NCBI GenBank assembly: GCA_016214345.1
Contig: JACROR010000009.1
Location: 241 to 64,240, forward strand
Length of the DNA: 64,000 nt
Origin: Candidatus Niyogibacteria bacterium
Lineage (GTDB): Bacteria > Patescibacteriota > Minisyncoccia > JACROR01
Reading direction: 5' to 3'
Part shown: positions 1 to 9,567 of the stretch, in pieces
Layout of the letters: each line of letters opens with the position of its first letter
How positions within the stretch are numbered: position 1 is the stretch's first letter
The notes under the pieces: generated by a model
Database searches by the model: none
Seen by the model: only the letters and a program-made list of their open reading frames with translations
What the model was told of the DNA's origin: nothing
Program-made: the position numbers and the translations under genes

Positions 1-790
1 GTCTGCCCATCCAGTAAGCCAAAAGAAAATCAACGCCCGGATATTCCAAATTGCCGTCTCCTCCGCCGTCTAACGCGAACGGGGTACGTTGCCACAAAAA
101 ATCCGAAGGAGGCCTCTCATGGATTGGCAAAGGATAACGGGAAAACCTAGTGTTTTGTTCAATGGTTACCACGCCGCGCCAGCTCCGCGCCTTGGAAATA
201 TCCGTTCTCTGACTGTTTACCGCGCGCAAATCCCTGCGAGGAGCGGGAGGAAAACGGCGAAGCATCAATAAATTCTCATTCCTGTCTGCCAGGCTCATTT
301 CCTTACCGCTGATTGCCGCGTGGATATAATTAAAAAAAACATTGTCGTGGTTTTTAGTAAAGAACCAAAGTCTTTTTTCAAAAACATCCCTATAAAATTC
401 TTTTAACGCGGGATCTTTTTCCAACTCTACTAAATTAAAGAAACTTAGGTAATAAAGATTTACGGCATAATAATCGTAATAACGGTTTATCCAAGGGAAA
501 ATGTTTTCCAACTCGTCACTATGTTTTTTAACATAATATTCGTATTGCGATTTTCCACCCTGATCAGCCTGGCTGCGCGCTTTAGTGAAAGACAAAACAT
601 GAACGGCGTTGCCAATGCCAAAAAGGCTGTGGGGGTTAAGAATGCCGCCCGTGGTCCACCGACCATTGGCGTTAAGAATTCGCCAGTCATGCTTTTCCAA
701 AGAAAAAATAATGTCTCCCAGCAAAATTCCGATACGCTTCCGCTCTTCCGCGGGCACCAATTCGTAAGCCGTCCCCAAGCCAAGAATCAC
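1..790 (-). CDS. hypothetical protein, partial (C-terminus beyond window start); long open frame absent from ORF track
   Basis: Manual translation of minus frame: GTG at 790-788 then MILGLGTAYELVPAEERKRIGILLGDIIFSLEKHDWRILNANGRW...WINRYYDYYAVNLYYLSFFNLVELEK...; no stop down to position 1 (>260 codons). GTGA start/stop overlap with 787..1257. Confidence 0.45.
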   Translation of the reverse strand, partial: MILGLGTAYELVPAEERKRIGILLGDIIFSLEKHDWRILNANGRWTTGGILNPHSLFGIGNAVHVLSFTKARSQADQGGKSQYEYYVKKHSDELENIFPWINRYYDYYAVNLYYLSFFNLVELEKDPALKEFYRDVFEKRLWFFTKNHDNVFFNYIHAAISGKEMSLADRNENLLMLRRFPPAPRRDLRAVNSQRTDISKARSWRGVVTIEQNTRFSRYPLPIHERPPSDFLWQRTPFALDGGGDGNLEYPGVDFLLAYWMGR

Positions 791-1257
791 TCCGATATAC
801 TGACTTGTTCTCCGCGGGGGAAATAATAACGAGCCATTAAACCTCTTTCGCCGGTTACCGCGAATAAGGATTCTATTCCTGCCAGCGCTATACGGATATT
901 TTGCAAAGCATCGTCGTCTTTAGTAACGGTATAACGATGCGCTTGAGCGGCCAGATAACAACCCGTCCAAATAGGAGCGTCGCCCACGCCTTCTCTTTCC
1001 ATTATTTCGCCGTTTTTAAAACGAATACTTACCACTAATTTTTGCGGTTCCGGCAAATGGTATTTTCTTGCCGTTTCATCATAAGCCGCGGCTTTCTGCC
1101 ATAAAGGCGTATTTATCCATTCCGCTTCTTTTTGCGGCTTTGCGATATAAGGCTCTTCCAATTCATCTGCCCAAAAAGCGGCGTAGAAAAAACCTAACGA
1201 GAAAAAAATAAAAAATATAAGGCGCCGACTAATCTTCATTGCCGCCTCTCCTTTCAA
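787..1257 (-). CDS. hypothetical secreted/membrane-anchored protein (N-terminal hydrophobic segment)
   Basis: ORF track; N-terminus MKISRRLIFFIFFSLGFFYAAF is signal/TM-like. Confidence 0.5.
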   Translation of the reverse strand: MKGEAAMKISRRLIFFIFFSLGFFYAAFWADELEEPYIAKPQKEAEWINTPLWQKAAAYDETARKYHLPEPQKLVVSIRFKNGEIMEREGVGDAPIWTGCYLAAQAHRYTVTKDDDALQNIRIALAGIESLFAVTGERGLMARYYFPRGEQVSISE

Positions 1258-1367
1258 AGAACGATGTATTTATACAACCACGCCTGGACCTATTTTAGCA
1301 AGAATTTCTAACCGCACTTTTGTGCGGTATCTCGCAGCGTAGCGAATAGATTTTGATGCCGCAACAA

Positions 1368-1382
1368 ACAAAGTGTATAATA
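1368..1382 (+). promoter_or_regulatory. extended -10 promoter element (TGtaTAATat) upstream of hemerythrin gene
   Basis: aaagTGtaTAATatt about 70 nt upstream of ATG at 1450. Confidence 0.3.
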
Positions 1383-1449
1383 TTAGTAGGTGGGCGATGA
1401 GCTATTATTTTTTTATCGACCCGCCTGAATTATTCATTTTAAAAAAACT

Positions 1450-1872
1450 ATGCCACTCTTAACTTGGGAACAAAAGAACAGTGTCGGCGTCCGCGAACTG
1501 GACGATCAGCACAAAAAACTTTTCAGTATCATTAACCGGCTTTACGATTCGATGCATACTGGCAAAGATATTGTTGAACTGAATTCTGTCCTCAAAGAAA
1601 TGATTGATTATGCCGACTATCATTTTTCCATGGAAGAAAAATATTTCGATCTTTTCAATTTTGAAGAAAAAGTTACGCACATCGCTAAGCATCGCGCCTT
1701 CGATAAAAAGGCCGCGGAATTTATGGGCAGGAATATGCTCGGCGATCCCACATTGTCATTTTTCGTACTTGATTTTCTTGAAGATTGGTGGCTCGGTCAT
1801 ATCAATAACACCGACAAGCGCTATACGAAATGCTTCAACGATCATGGCCTGAACGGAGCGCCGCAAAAATGA
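1450..1872 (+). CDS. hemerythrin-like (bacteriohemerythrin) domain protein
   Basis: Hemerythrin cation-binding pattern: DxQHKKLF, HFSMEEKYF, HxxxH, WLGHINNTD. Confidence 0.7.
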   Translation: MPLLTWEQKNSVGVRELDDQHKKLFSIINRLYDSMHTGKDIVELNSVLKEMIDYADYHFSMEEKYFDLFNFEEKVTHIAKHRAFDKKAAEFMGRNMLGDPTLSFFVLDFLEDWWLGHINNTDKRYTKCFNDHGLNGAPQK

Positions 1873-2006
1873 ACTGAGAAAACTCGCCCAATCATCACGG
1901 GCGATTTTTGTTGCAAAAAGCATATGCAGGAAGCGTGTATATCATTAGATTGTTTCGCCAAAAATAAAAATCTTCCCAACTTGGGTGGAAAGATTTTTGC
2001 ATAAAT

Positions 2007-2240
2007 TTAATATCTATAAGGATTAGCCGTTCCTTTCTTTCCAGTATACGGATTATAATTTCCTTTGGTGGAAAAATTATCAAATTTAGATTTGTTGGGC
2101 GTGGTTTTATAATATGGCGCCACATAACTACCGGTTGACGGCTTAAAATGTCCTTGCACACGAGTGATCCGCGCGTCCGCGTGCGCGGAAAATGACAATA
2201 CACCGACAAATAATATAACCGCTAAAATTAACTTTCTCAT
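2007..2240 (-). CDS. small secreted hypothetical protein
   Basis: N-terminal signal peptide MRKLILAVILFVGVLSFSAHA. Confidence 0.4.
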   Translation of the reverse strand: MRKLILAVILFVGVLSFSAHADARITRVQGHFKPSTGSYVAPYYKTTPNKSKFDNFSTKGNYNPYTGKKGTANPYRY

Positions 2241-2480
2241 AAATTTATAAAATTATTTTTTATAATTTTTATCACGAAATCAAAATATTTCCCCCGCATT
2301 TCTTGAATGCCGCCGCAATACCGCGCGCGGTTTCTCTTTTTAAACGGCGATGCCTCGGTATCATAGCAATAAATTTACCGTCCAAAGTTTCTACTTTGCA
2401 ATGTTTCTTGCCGTTTTTTTATTTTAAAGCCGCATTTTTCAGCGGCTTTAACTAATTTCTCGCACGAACAATCAGGGGCT

Positions 2481-2825
2481 TTAATTACAAACGGCTTCAC
2501 GATCGGGAAATTTTACTAATTGAAGATCTTCTCCTTTACGCACTGAAAATCCCAATAAATGATATGCGACTTCCATCGGCGGCATATAATTAGGCATGTA
2601 CGAAATTAATTTTTTAGGCACATCAAAATATGTGTAAACTGCGTCGTTTACCATTTCAATAAGCTCGGAAAATGTATCGGCTTCGGTAAAACAATTCGGA
2701 AATGTAATAATTTCGGCCGAGAATCCGCCATCGGCCGAGCGCGACGCCCGAACCGTAACCGCTTCCGGAAAAAGTTTGGCAAGCCGACAAATTTCTTTTT
2801 TATCTTTGATAGAAAGTTTAACCAT
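2481..2825 (-). CDS. HicB-like antitoxin (UPF0150 fold)
   Basis: DGGFSAEIITFPNCFTEADTFSELIEMVNDAV fits HicB N-domain consensus (DGGY.A..PdlPGC.T.GDT.EEA..N..EAI); no adjacent HicA seen. Confidence 0.4.
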   Translation of the reverse strand: MVKLSIKDKKEICRLAKLFPEAVTVRASRSADGGFSAEIITFPNCFTEADTFSELIEMVNDAVYTYFDVPKKLISYMPNYMPPMEVAYHLLGFSVRKGEDLQLVKFPDREAVCN

Positions 2826-2975
2826 GATAATGATTTATATTTTTACTATATAATAGCGTTAAAACATTAGCAAACCAAAATATATTCTCCGCCGACTGGC
2901 AGATCTGTGTTTTTGTGGCGCCGCATATTTATGCGGCATCCTACAAAAACATAGTCGCTCTGCTCGTTGTTTTTG

Positions 2976-3048
2976 TGGACCTGAGGGGATTCGAACCCCT
3001 GACCTCTCGCATGCCATGCGAACGCTCTGCCAACTGAGCTACAGGCCC
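2976..3048 (-). tRNA. tRNA-Ala(GGC)
   Basis: Cloverleaf folded by hand: acceptor gggcctg/caggtcc with G3:U70, anticodon loop aTGGCat, T-arm aggggTTCGAATcccct. Confidence 0.85.
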
Positions 3049-3587
3049 TTTAAAATTATTTTTGGAATCATCTCTAATTCCAACTGAGTATGCGTTCCAC
3101 CGCACATAATAACACAAACTCCTTTATATTCCTTTCGCCTGGTTGGCCTGCCAATGGTGCGCGGATCAGGAATAGTTTTATAAAAATTACTTATAGGAAT
3201 AGAAGTAACACGCGACCAATACCTTTGTAAAGAATTAATATTCTGATCTGCCCTATAACTTACCCTGCATTTCAAACTCTTAGAATTTATACCATAACAT
3301 TCGCGTAATAAATTTATATATAAACAAACAAGGTTTGGATCGGAGCTTCCAAGCATTAAACCATGATGAGATTTCCATTTCGCGCCTTCACCGAAATAAA
3401 GAACGGCTAAAAGCATTTTTAAAACATCTTTGTCTTGTAATTTTTGGCTCAAATTATCATTATTCACCAACAAATTATTCAACAATCTTTCTCTTTTGAT
3501 TTTATTGGATGCCCACGCTCTCTTTTGCGCTTTGCTGAAATTCTTTGCGTTCAACTGCTCAATTTTCTTTTGATAATGCGCTGGCAA
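3039..3587 (-). CDS. putative LAGLIDADG-type homing endonuclease-like protein
   Basis: Motif LLAVLYFGEGAKW resembles LAGLIDGDGS; basic N-terminal extension; stop lies 10 nt inside tRNA-Ala 5' end. Confidence 0.35.
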   Translation of the reverse strand: MPAHYQKKIEQLNAKNFSKAQKRAWASNKIKRERLLNNLLVNNDNLSQKLQDKDVLKMLLAVLYFGEGAKWKSHHGLMLGSSDPNLVCLYINLLRECYGINSKSLKCRVSYRADQNINSLQRYWSRVTSIPISNFYKTIPDPRTIGRPTRRKEYKGVCVIMCGGTHTQLELEMIPKIILKGL

Positions 3588-3760
3588 TTCTACATCGCGA
3601 CACCAATCAGAAATAGTACTTTTTGGAAAAACAGATTTTATCTCATTCGTTATTTCTGAATAAGTTTTCGCGAACGAAGTGTCCGCACTTTCTTTTTTAT
3701 GGATTCGTCATACGCCATTATTAAAATTGTACTCCTAAATTATCAATGTGCAAAATTATT

Positions 3761-3997
3761 TTATCGCGGCAATGAAGACGGCTGCGCGCGGCGCATATTG
3801 AAACATTCGTAGACCGCCGCCGCTATGAAAACCACTTCCAACACTATGAATACCGTGTCTCCTATATATATGCTGTAAACTTCCAAAAGCGCTCCAGCCA
3901 CGATAAATGCCATATTCTGTTTTCTGCGGTCTTGGAGAAGCACCGCCGCGACGATAAATAAAACCCCTATCGCGCCTATGATTTTGAAAATATCCAT
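3761..3997 (-). CDS. small integral membrane protein
   Basis: Two to three predicted TM helices. Confidence 0.4.
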   Translation of the reverse strand: MDIFKIIGAIGVLFIVAAVLLQDRRKQNMAFIVAGALLEVYSIYIGDTVFIVLEVVFIAAAVYECFNMRRAQPSSLPR

Positions 3998-4036
3998 ATT
4001 TTGCCCGATTAAATTACTAATGCCTTAATTATACCA

Positions 4037-5317
4037 CTAAAAAATGCTCACTTCTCCGTACTCCCCGTCATAGCCGGGCTTTATATTCACCCGCCCTTCG
4101 CGCAAACGCCTGACCGCTTCAGCGATCCGGCTTTCGCCCGCGCTCTCCAACTCTTTGGGACTGACATTTAACAAAATATTCAATTCGCTGCCGAATTTCA
4201 CGATCAAATTATTATATTTTTCTTTAACTTTTTTAGAAGCCGTTCCCACGCCCAAAGCTTCACTCACCACCTCGTCTAACGGCACCAGATTATAATAAGG
4301 AACGCGCCCCACGCTTTCATGGTAAAAATTTTGCGCGATTTTCGGGGTTTTCCGGTCGGAGAGTTTCGCCACGCGATTCAAAACTCCCACCACCACGGGC
4401 TTGCCGCATTTGGGACACAGACTTTTGTGCTTCTCGGTTTCTTCCGGAGAAAAAACCACGCCACAGGCGCGATGCCCGTCGTAATGGTACTTCCCTTCTT
4501 CCGGAAAAAATTCAATTGTTGCAACAAATTTTGACTTTTGATTTTTGACTTTTGATTTTTGATTCGGCGCGCCGCTTTTTATCGCCCCCATAATTCCCTC
4601 GTATGATAATTCCGTGTCAAAAATATTCGCCTCGCGACCGATCTTTTGCAAACTGTGCGAATCGGAATTGGAAATGAGCGCCAGATTGTCCAGGGCGGAG
4701 AGCCGCCAATTCATCGAGGGATCGGACGAAAGTCCGGTTTCTAACGCGAAAATATGTTTGCTCATTTTACCGAAACATTCCTCCAACGAATCAAATCCTG
4801 ACATTGATCCGAAAAGCGAAAACCACGGAGTCCAAACATGGGCGGGAATTATCACCGCGCGAGAATTGATCTCCAAAACTATTTTCGCCAACTCTTCGGA
4901 ATCCAAACCCAAAATCGGCCTGCCGTCGGAACGCAAATTTCCGATAAGCGACAATTGCGCGATTATTTTCTCCGCGGTCGCCATATCCGGCGCTAACACG
5001 ATATTATGAACGCGCCGCGCCCTGCCTCCGCGGGAATAAATTCCGGAAATCTCAACCGTTAGCAAAAAACGGGTTTCCGCGAAAGTGCCTTTGAGTGTTT
5101 TTAACTTGTATTTATTTTTCAGCCGATAAAGTCCCGATTCCGCCGGCTCTAATTTGGTCTTGATCTCTTTGAACCACGCCGGATGCGTAAAGTCTCCGGT
5201 CCCCATAACCAAAATTCCTTTGTCATCAGCCCACCGATCCAATTCTTCCAAACACAAACTTTTAGAAGTCGCCCGCGACCACTTGGAATGAATATGCAGA
5301 TCGGCTATGAATTTCAT
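4037..5317 (-). CDS. PHP-domain protein, endonuclease Q-like (TIGR00375 family)
   Basis: N-terminal PHP motif ADLHIHSKWSRATS; C-terminal Cys cluster CPKCGKP; in-frame KSKVKNQKSK repeat insert. Confidence 0.5.
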   Translation of the reverse strand: MKFIADLHIHSKWSRATSKSLCLEELDRWADDKGILVMGTGDFTHPAWFKEIKTKLEPAESGLYRLKNKYKLKTLKGTFAETRFLLTVEISGIYSRGGRARRVHNIVLAPDMATAEKIIAQLSLIGNLRSDGRPILGLDSEELAKIVLEINSRAVIIPAHVWTPWFSLFGSMSGFDSLEECFGKMSKHIFALETGLSSDPSMNWRLSALDNLALISNSDSHSLQKIGREANIFDTELSYEGIMGAIKSGAPNQKSKVKNQKSKFVATIEFFPEEGKYHYDGHRACGVVFSPEETEKHKSLCPKCGKPVVVGVLNRVAKLSDRKTPKIAQNFYHESVGRVPYYNLVPLDEVVSEALGVGTASKKVKEKYNNLIVKFGSELNILLNVSPKELESAGESRIAEAVRRLREGRVNIKPGYDGEYGEVSIF

Positions 5318-5318
5318 A

Positions 5319-5390
5319 ATGCCCTTGGTAGGAATCGGACCTACATTTACCCCTTAGGACGGGGTTGTTCTATCCATTGAACTACAAGGG
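5319..5390 (-). tRNA. tRNA-Arg(CCT)
   Basis: Acceptor gcccttg/caagggc, anticodon stem acccc/ggggt, loop gtCCTaa; T-loop TCCGATT. Confidence 0.8.
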
Positions 5391-5466
5391 CGTGTTTGCA
5401 ACACCCAAAATATTTTATGCTATACTATACATAATACACTATTAGCAAATATCCCATAAACCAAAT

Positions 5467-6567
5467 ATGGATTACGAACAAAAAATAATAAGCGTTACCA
5501 AAAAAGCCCTGCCCGCGGTAGTAAGTATCGTCATTACCAAAGATTTGGAACAAATCACCTCGGAACTTTCTTTCAATCCGATGTTCAACAACCCTTACGA
5601 TCGGGCATTTTTGGAATCCAAGCTCCGCGAAGCTCCGAAAGACGAACACGGCAGAATCAAAATAGGCGGCGGATCGGGATTTATCATATCACCGGACGGC
5701 ATCGTGCTCACCAACAAACACGTGGTCATGGATACCAAATCGGAATACGGAGTGATCATGGGCGGCGGCAAAAAATATGACGCGGAGGTCCTGGCGCGCG
5801 ATCCTTTGAATGATGTCGCCATCATAAAAATAAAAGCGAAAGGTCTTCCGTATTTGGAGCTTGGTTCGGCGTTGAACCTTGAATTGGGACAAACAGTCAT
5901 CGCCATCGGCAACGCGCTAAACGAATTTCAAAATACCGTATCCACCGGAGTGGTATCCGGACTATCGCGCCTCATCACCGCCACTACTGATATCGCGGGA
6001 CATCAAGAACGCTTGAAAGGGCTCATCCAAACCGACGCCGCCATAAATCCGGGAAATTCGGGCGGCCCCATGATAAACCTGGACGGCAAAGTTATCGGCA
6101 TAAATTCCGCCATAGTCTTTGGAGCGCAAAATATCGGATTCGCTATTCCCATAGAACGCGCCAAAGCGGACCTGGAAGAGATTAAAAAATACGGACGCAT
6201 CAGACGGCCATTCATAGGATTGCGGCACATTATGTTAAACCAGATTCTCAAAGACCGCTTTCATCTGCCAGTAGAAAACGGAGCGCTCATCATGAGCGAA
6301 GGACTGCCCCAAGGAGAAACCGCGGTAATTCCCAACAGCCCAGCGGAAAAAGCGGGCATCAAAGAATTTGATATAATCCTGCGATGCAATAATAAAGACA
6401 TCAACGAAGAAAACACACTGGAAGACCAATTATCCAATTTAAAAATAGGAGACGCGGCTAAATTAACCGTTCTGCGCGAAGGTAAAAAACTGGAAAAGAA
6501 AATAGTGTTGGGCGAAATAAACAAACAAACTCTAAGCGCCGACGTCCCTCAAAAAGAAACCGACTAG
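5467..6567 (+). CDS. htrA: HtrA/DegP-family serine protease with PDZ domain
   Basis: Catalytic triad context [32 protein letters not shown]. Confidence 0.9.
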   Translation: MDYEQKIISVTKKALPAVVSIVITKDLEQITSELSFNPMFNNPYDRAFLESKLREAPKDEHGRIKIGGGSGFIISPDGIVLTNKHVVMDTKSEYGVIMGGGKKYDAEVLARDPLNDVAIIKIKAKGLPYLELGSALNLELGQTVIAIGNALNEFQNTVSTGVVSGLSRLITATTDIAGHQERLKGLIQTDAAINPGNSGGPMINLDGKVIGINSAIVFGAQNIGFAIPIERAKADLEEIKKYGRIRRPFIGLRHIMLNQILKDRFHLPVENGALIMSEGLPQGETAVIPNSPAEKAGIKEFDIILRCNNKDINEENTLEDQLSNLKIGDAAKLTVLREGKKLEKKIVLGEINKQTLSADVPQKETD

Positions 6568-7257
6568 ATAAGCGATAAAAGAAGCGACGCCTCCCACCAA
6601 AAGCATTTCCAAACCGGAACGATACCATGGCAAACCGGTAAAAATAGAACGCAGCGACCCTACTGCGAACAAAACCAGGGCCGTCATAACGATGGCGTAT
6701 TGAAATACATTATCGCCGTTTCCTCCCAAAATCAAGTAGGGCAAGATGGGAAGCGACCCCGCCAGCACGAACGCGGCAAAAGTCGCCGCGGCATCCGCAA
6801 TGGGACTATAACTTATGAGCGGCGCGAAATTAAGCTCTTCGCTCATCATAAAATCCACCCAGTACTTTTTATTTTGGGAAACCAAACCAACCATCTTTTC
6901 CAAATCTTCACCCTCGTATCCTTTTTGTTTGAAAATATCGCGAATTTCCGCCTTTTCCTGTTCGGGAATATCCCGCACCTCTTCTTCTTCAATACTTTTC
7001 TCGCGCAGGAAAAGATCTATTTCCGATTTAGTGCTCAAATAATTGGAAACTGCCATGGAAAAACCGTCGGCCAACAAATTGGCAACTCCTATGACCACTA
7101 CTACGACCGGAGAAAGCGCGGCTCCGGCCACTCCGGCAACCACGGCAAAGGTGGTAACAATTCCGTCATTCGCCCCATACACAACACTCCGAAGAAATTG
7201 TCCTCCATTCAGATGTTTTCTACCGCGAAATGACGCTCTTTCAAAAATATAAGACAT
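6532..7257 (-). CDS. VIT1/CCC1-family iron/manganese transporter
   Basis: [15 protein letters not shown] hallmark of the VIT family; C-terminal TM helices. Confidence 0.8.
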   Translation of the reverse strand: MSYIFERASFRGRKHLNGGQFLRSVVYGANDGIVTTFAVVAGVAGAALSPVVVVVIGVANLLADGFSMAVSNYLSTKSEIDLFLREKSIEEEEVRDIPEQEKAEIRDIFKQKGYEGEDLEKMVGLVSQNKKYWVDFMMSEELNFAPLISYSPIADAAATFAAFVLAGSLPILPYLILGGNGDNVFQYAIVMTALVLFAVGSLRSIFTGLPWYRSGLEMLLVGGVASFIAYLVGFFLRDVGA

Positions 7258-7269
7258 GAGGATCCCGGC

Positions 7270-7506
7270 TTACTTAACGCCCAAAAGCTCCGACAACCGC
7301 GACTCGTCAAAACCAATTATCATTTCATCGTCTACAAAAATTACCGGCACGCCCATTTGGCCTGATTTTTCTATCATCTCGTCCCGTTTAGCCTCATCTA
7401 CCGAAACATCATGTTCCGTAAATTTTATTTTATGTTCCTTAAAAAACTCTTTTGCCATCCGGCAATAACCGCAAGTCGGCGTAGAATAAATGATAACTTT
7501 TGCCAT
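7270..7506 (-). CDS. glutaredoxin-like protein (NrdH/Grx fold)
   Basis: CGYC active site, 78 aa. Confidence 0.8.
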   Translation of the reverse strand: MAKVIIYSTPTCGYCRMAKEFFKEHKIKFTEHDVSVDEAKRDEMIEKSGQMGVPVIFVDDEMIIGFDESRLSELLGVK

Positions 7507-7566
7507 AAAATATTCGCGTTAAATTTTATTTGATAATAAACGACTGCTACTATATAATAGCATACT

Positions 7567-8313
7567 ATGAATTTTTCTTTAGCAAAAAATATCGTTTACG
7601 AGGATCGGGATGTCGTCGTGATAAACAAACCGGCAGGGATTGTGGTTCATCCGGACGCCACACACAAAAACGAAACGATGGTTGACGCTCTTTTAGAGCT
7701 GCATCCGGAAATTAAAACTGTGGGAGATGACCCGACGCGCCCGGGAATCGTGCACAGATTAGACAAAGACACATCCGGAGTTTTAATCGTCGCCAAAAAC
7801 CAAGCGGCGTTTGATCATCTAAAAAAAGAATTTCAAGAACGCCGCGCAATCAAAAACTACATAACATTGGCAGTAGGCTCCTTAAAACAAACGCAAGGAG
7901 AAATTAATTTACCCATCGGACGCGGATATAAAACACCCACGCAGCGCGTAGCCATACAGGCGCATCTGCCTGCCGGCAGACAGGTGCGCGGGCAAATAAG
8001 AGAAGCCCTTACTTATTATAAAGTGCTGGAAAGATTCCCGGAATTTACCCTAATGCAAATAACTCCCAAAACCGGGCGCACCCACCAAATAAGAACTCAT
8101 CTGAAAGCGATCGGCCATCCAGTGGCGTGCGACAAATTATACGGCGGAAAATTATTTATCTGCCCCATGGGCCTCACGCGGCAATTCCTCCATGCCGCTT
8201 CATTGGAACTTACACTCCCCTCGGGTTCACGCATTAAGCTGGAAGCGGATCTCCCCGACGACTTAATGAACACGCTTATGACTTTAAGGACACGCTTAGC
8301 AGGCAAAAGCTAA
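7567..8313 (+). CDS. RluA-family pseudouridine synthase
   Basis: VVINKPAGIVVHP, HRLDKDTSGVLIVAKN. Confidence 0.85.
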   Translation: MNFSLAKNIVYEDRDVVVINKPAGIVVHPDATHKNETMVDALLELHPEIKTVGDDPTRPGIVHRLDKDTSGVLIVAKNQAAFDHLKKEFQERRAIKNYITLAVGSLKQTQGEINLPIGRGYKTPTQRVAIQAHLPAGRQVRGQIREALTYYKVLERFPEFTLMQITPKTGRTHQIRTHLKAIGHPVACDKLYGGKLFICPMGLTRQFLHAASLELTLPSGSRIKLEADLPDDLMNTLMTLRTRLAGKS

Positions 8314-8423
8314 CACTAACTTGGAAACCGAGTTTCCAAGTCGCAAACTAAAAACTACAACCTAGAAACTAAAACCTAAAATAGTTGCCTAAATAAAAAA
8401 AACGTGATAAAAATAATACCATT

Positions 8424-8885
8424 ATGACCGCGATCAATCTAATCAAGTTTTCACCCGTGGACATAGAACAAAGACAAAAAACCGACCTTCAAGCCGGAGA
8501 TACCGTCCGCGTATGGCAACGCATCAAAGAAAAAGACAAAACCCGTCTTCAAGCGTTTGAAGGCCTGATCATCGCCCGTAAACACGGCACCGAACCGGGA
8601 GCCACTTTTACGGTCCGCAGGGTAACCTCGGGCATCGGCGTGGAAAAAACATTTCTTCTTTATTCCCCTGTCATTGAAAAAATAGATCTGATGCGCAGAT
8701 CCAAAGTAAGGCGCGCCAAACTTTACTACATACGGGACAAGGCGGCAAAAGAAATACGCCGCAAAATGAAACAGCTCAAAGGAGAAGCCATGAGCGCGGC
8801 GGCCTTTACTAAACCGAGAGTCGCGCCTGAAAAAGGAAACGCCGTTACGGAAGTCCCATCTGAAAATACAAACGAACAAGAATAA
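8424..8885 (+). CDS. rplS: 50S ribosomal protein L19
   Basis: GDTVRVWQRIKEKDKTRLQAFEGLIIA...TFTVRRVTSGIGVEKTF...RRSKVRRAKLYYIR. Confidence 0.9.
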   Translation: MTAINLIKFSPVDIEQRQKTDLQAGDTVRVWQRIKEKDKTRLQAFEGLIIARKHGTEPGATFTVRRVTSGIGVEKTFLLYSPVIEKIDLMRRSKVRRAKLYYIRDKAAKEIRRKMKQLKGEAMSAAAFTKPRVAPEKGNAVTEVPSENTNEQE

Positions 8886-8938
8886 TAACTAACGATGATA
8901 GTATAAAATTCCCCATTTTTGTGTCAGCCAAAGGTGGG

Positions 8939-8974
8939 GGATTTCTTTACGCGAAGAAACGCGTGAGATATAAT
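8939..8974 (+). promoter_or_regulatory. sigma70-like promoter for tRNA-Leu (-35 TTTACG, 17-nt spacer, -10 TATAAT)
   Basis: TATAAT ends 10 nt before tRNA start. Confidence 0.4.
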
Positions 8975-8983
8975 GCCAATGAT

Positions 8984-9066
8984 GCCCAGGTGGTGGAATT
9001 GGTATACACAGCAGCTTGAGGGGCTGTGCCCGTAAGGGCGTGCGGGTTCAAATCCCGCCCTGGGCA
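8984..9066 (+). tRNA. tRNA-Leu(GAG)
   Basis: Acceptor gcccagg/cctgggc, anticodon stem gcagc/gctgt, loop ttGAGgg, long variable arm, T-arm gcgggTTCAAATcccgc. Confidence 0.85.
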
Positions 9067-9261
9067 AAACGAGAGCAGCGAGTTTTGGACAGGGAGCAGG
9101 CAAACTGCTTTGCCTGCGTCGGGATTTGAAGGGTTGAGCTATACGCATTTATGCGCGGCGAAACCCCGGCCCAAAGGGAAATCCCGCCCTGGGCAAAACG
9201 AGAGCAGCGAGTTTTGGACAGGGAGCAGGCAAACTGCTTTGCCTGCGTCGGGATTTGAAGG
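9052..9261 (+). repeat. tandem direct repeat (2 x ~81 nt, period 129 nt) comprising the last ~15 nt of tRNA-Leu plus 66 nt of 3' flank
   Basis: 9052-9132 and 9181-9261 nearly identical (atcccgccctgggcaaaacgagagcagcgagttttggacagggagcaggcaaactgctttgcctgcgtcgggatttgaagg). Confidence 0.85.
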
Positions 9262-9318
9262 TCGGAGTCCGCCCAAGGCGGGCAGGCCGCCCTAGACACC
9301 AATTATATTTCAAATAAA

Positions 9319-9567
9319 ATGGACGATCTAATCCAAAACCAAAACCTAACCGAAAAAGAAAGAGATCTGTTATTTGACTTTCTTTTGCATCTTCCGTATG
9401 ACATAAGACAGAGCGTAAAAGGCATTATTTCCGCCCATCCCAAACATTTGCGAGACTTCCTCCCGATCCTTAACAAAAAGAAAGAGTTTATGGGTCATCC
9501 AACGCCCACATTAGCCGAAGAAATTCTTCGCCTGGAAAAAAATGTTATAGGCAAACTACTGCCATGA
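9319..9567 (+). CDS. hypothetical protein
   Basis: ORF track; ATGA overlap with next gene. Confidence 0.4.
   Translation: MDDLIQNQNLTEKERDLLFDFLLHLPYDIRQSVKGIISAHPKHLRDFLPILNKKKEFMGHPTPTLAEEILRLEKNVIGKLLP

Noticed and set aside
8924-9302. ORFs 8924..9148(-), 9026..9295(+), 9048..9302(-)
   Set aside because: They overlap tRNA-Leu and the 129-nt tandem repeat. The repeated amino-acid strings are a translation artefact of the duplicated DNA.
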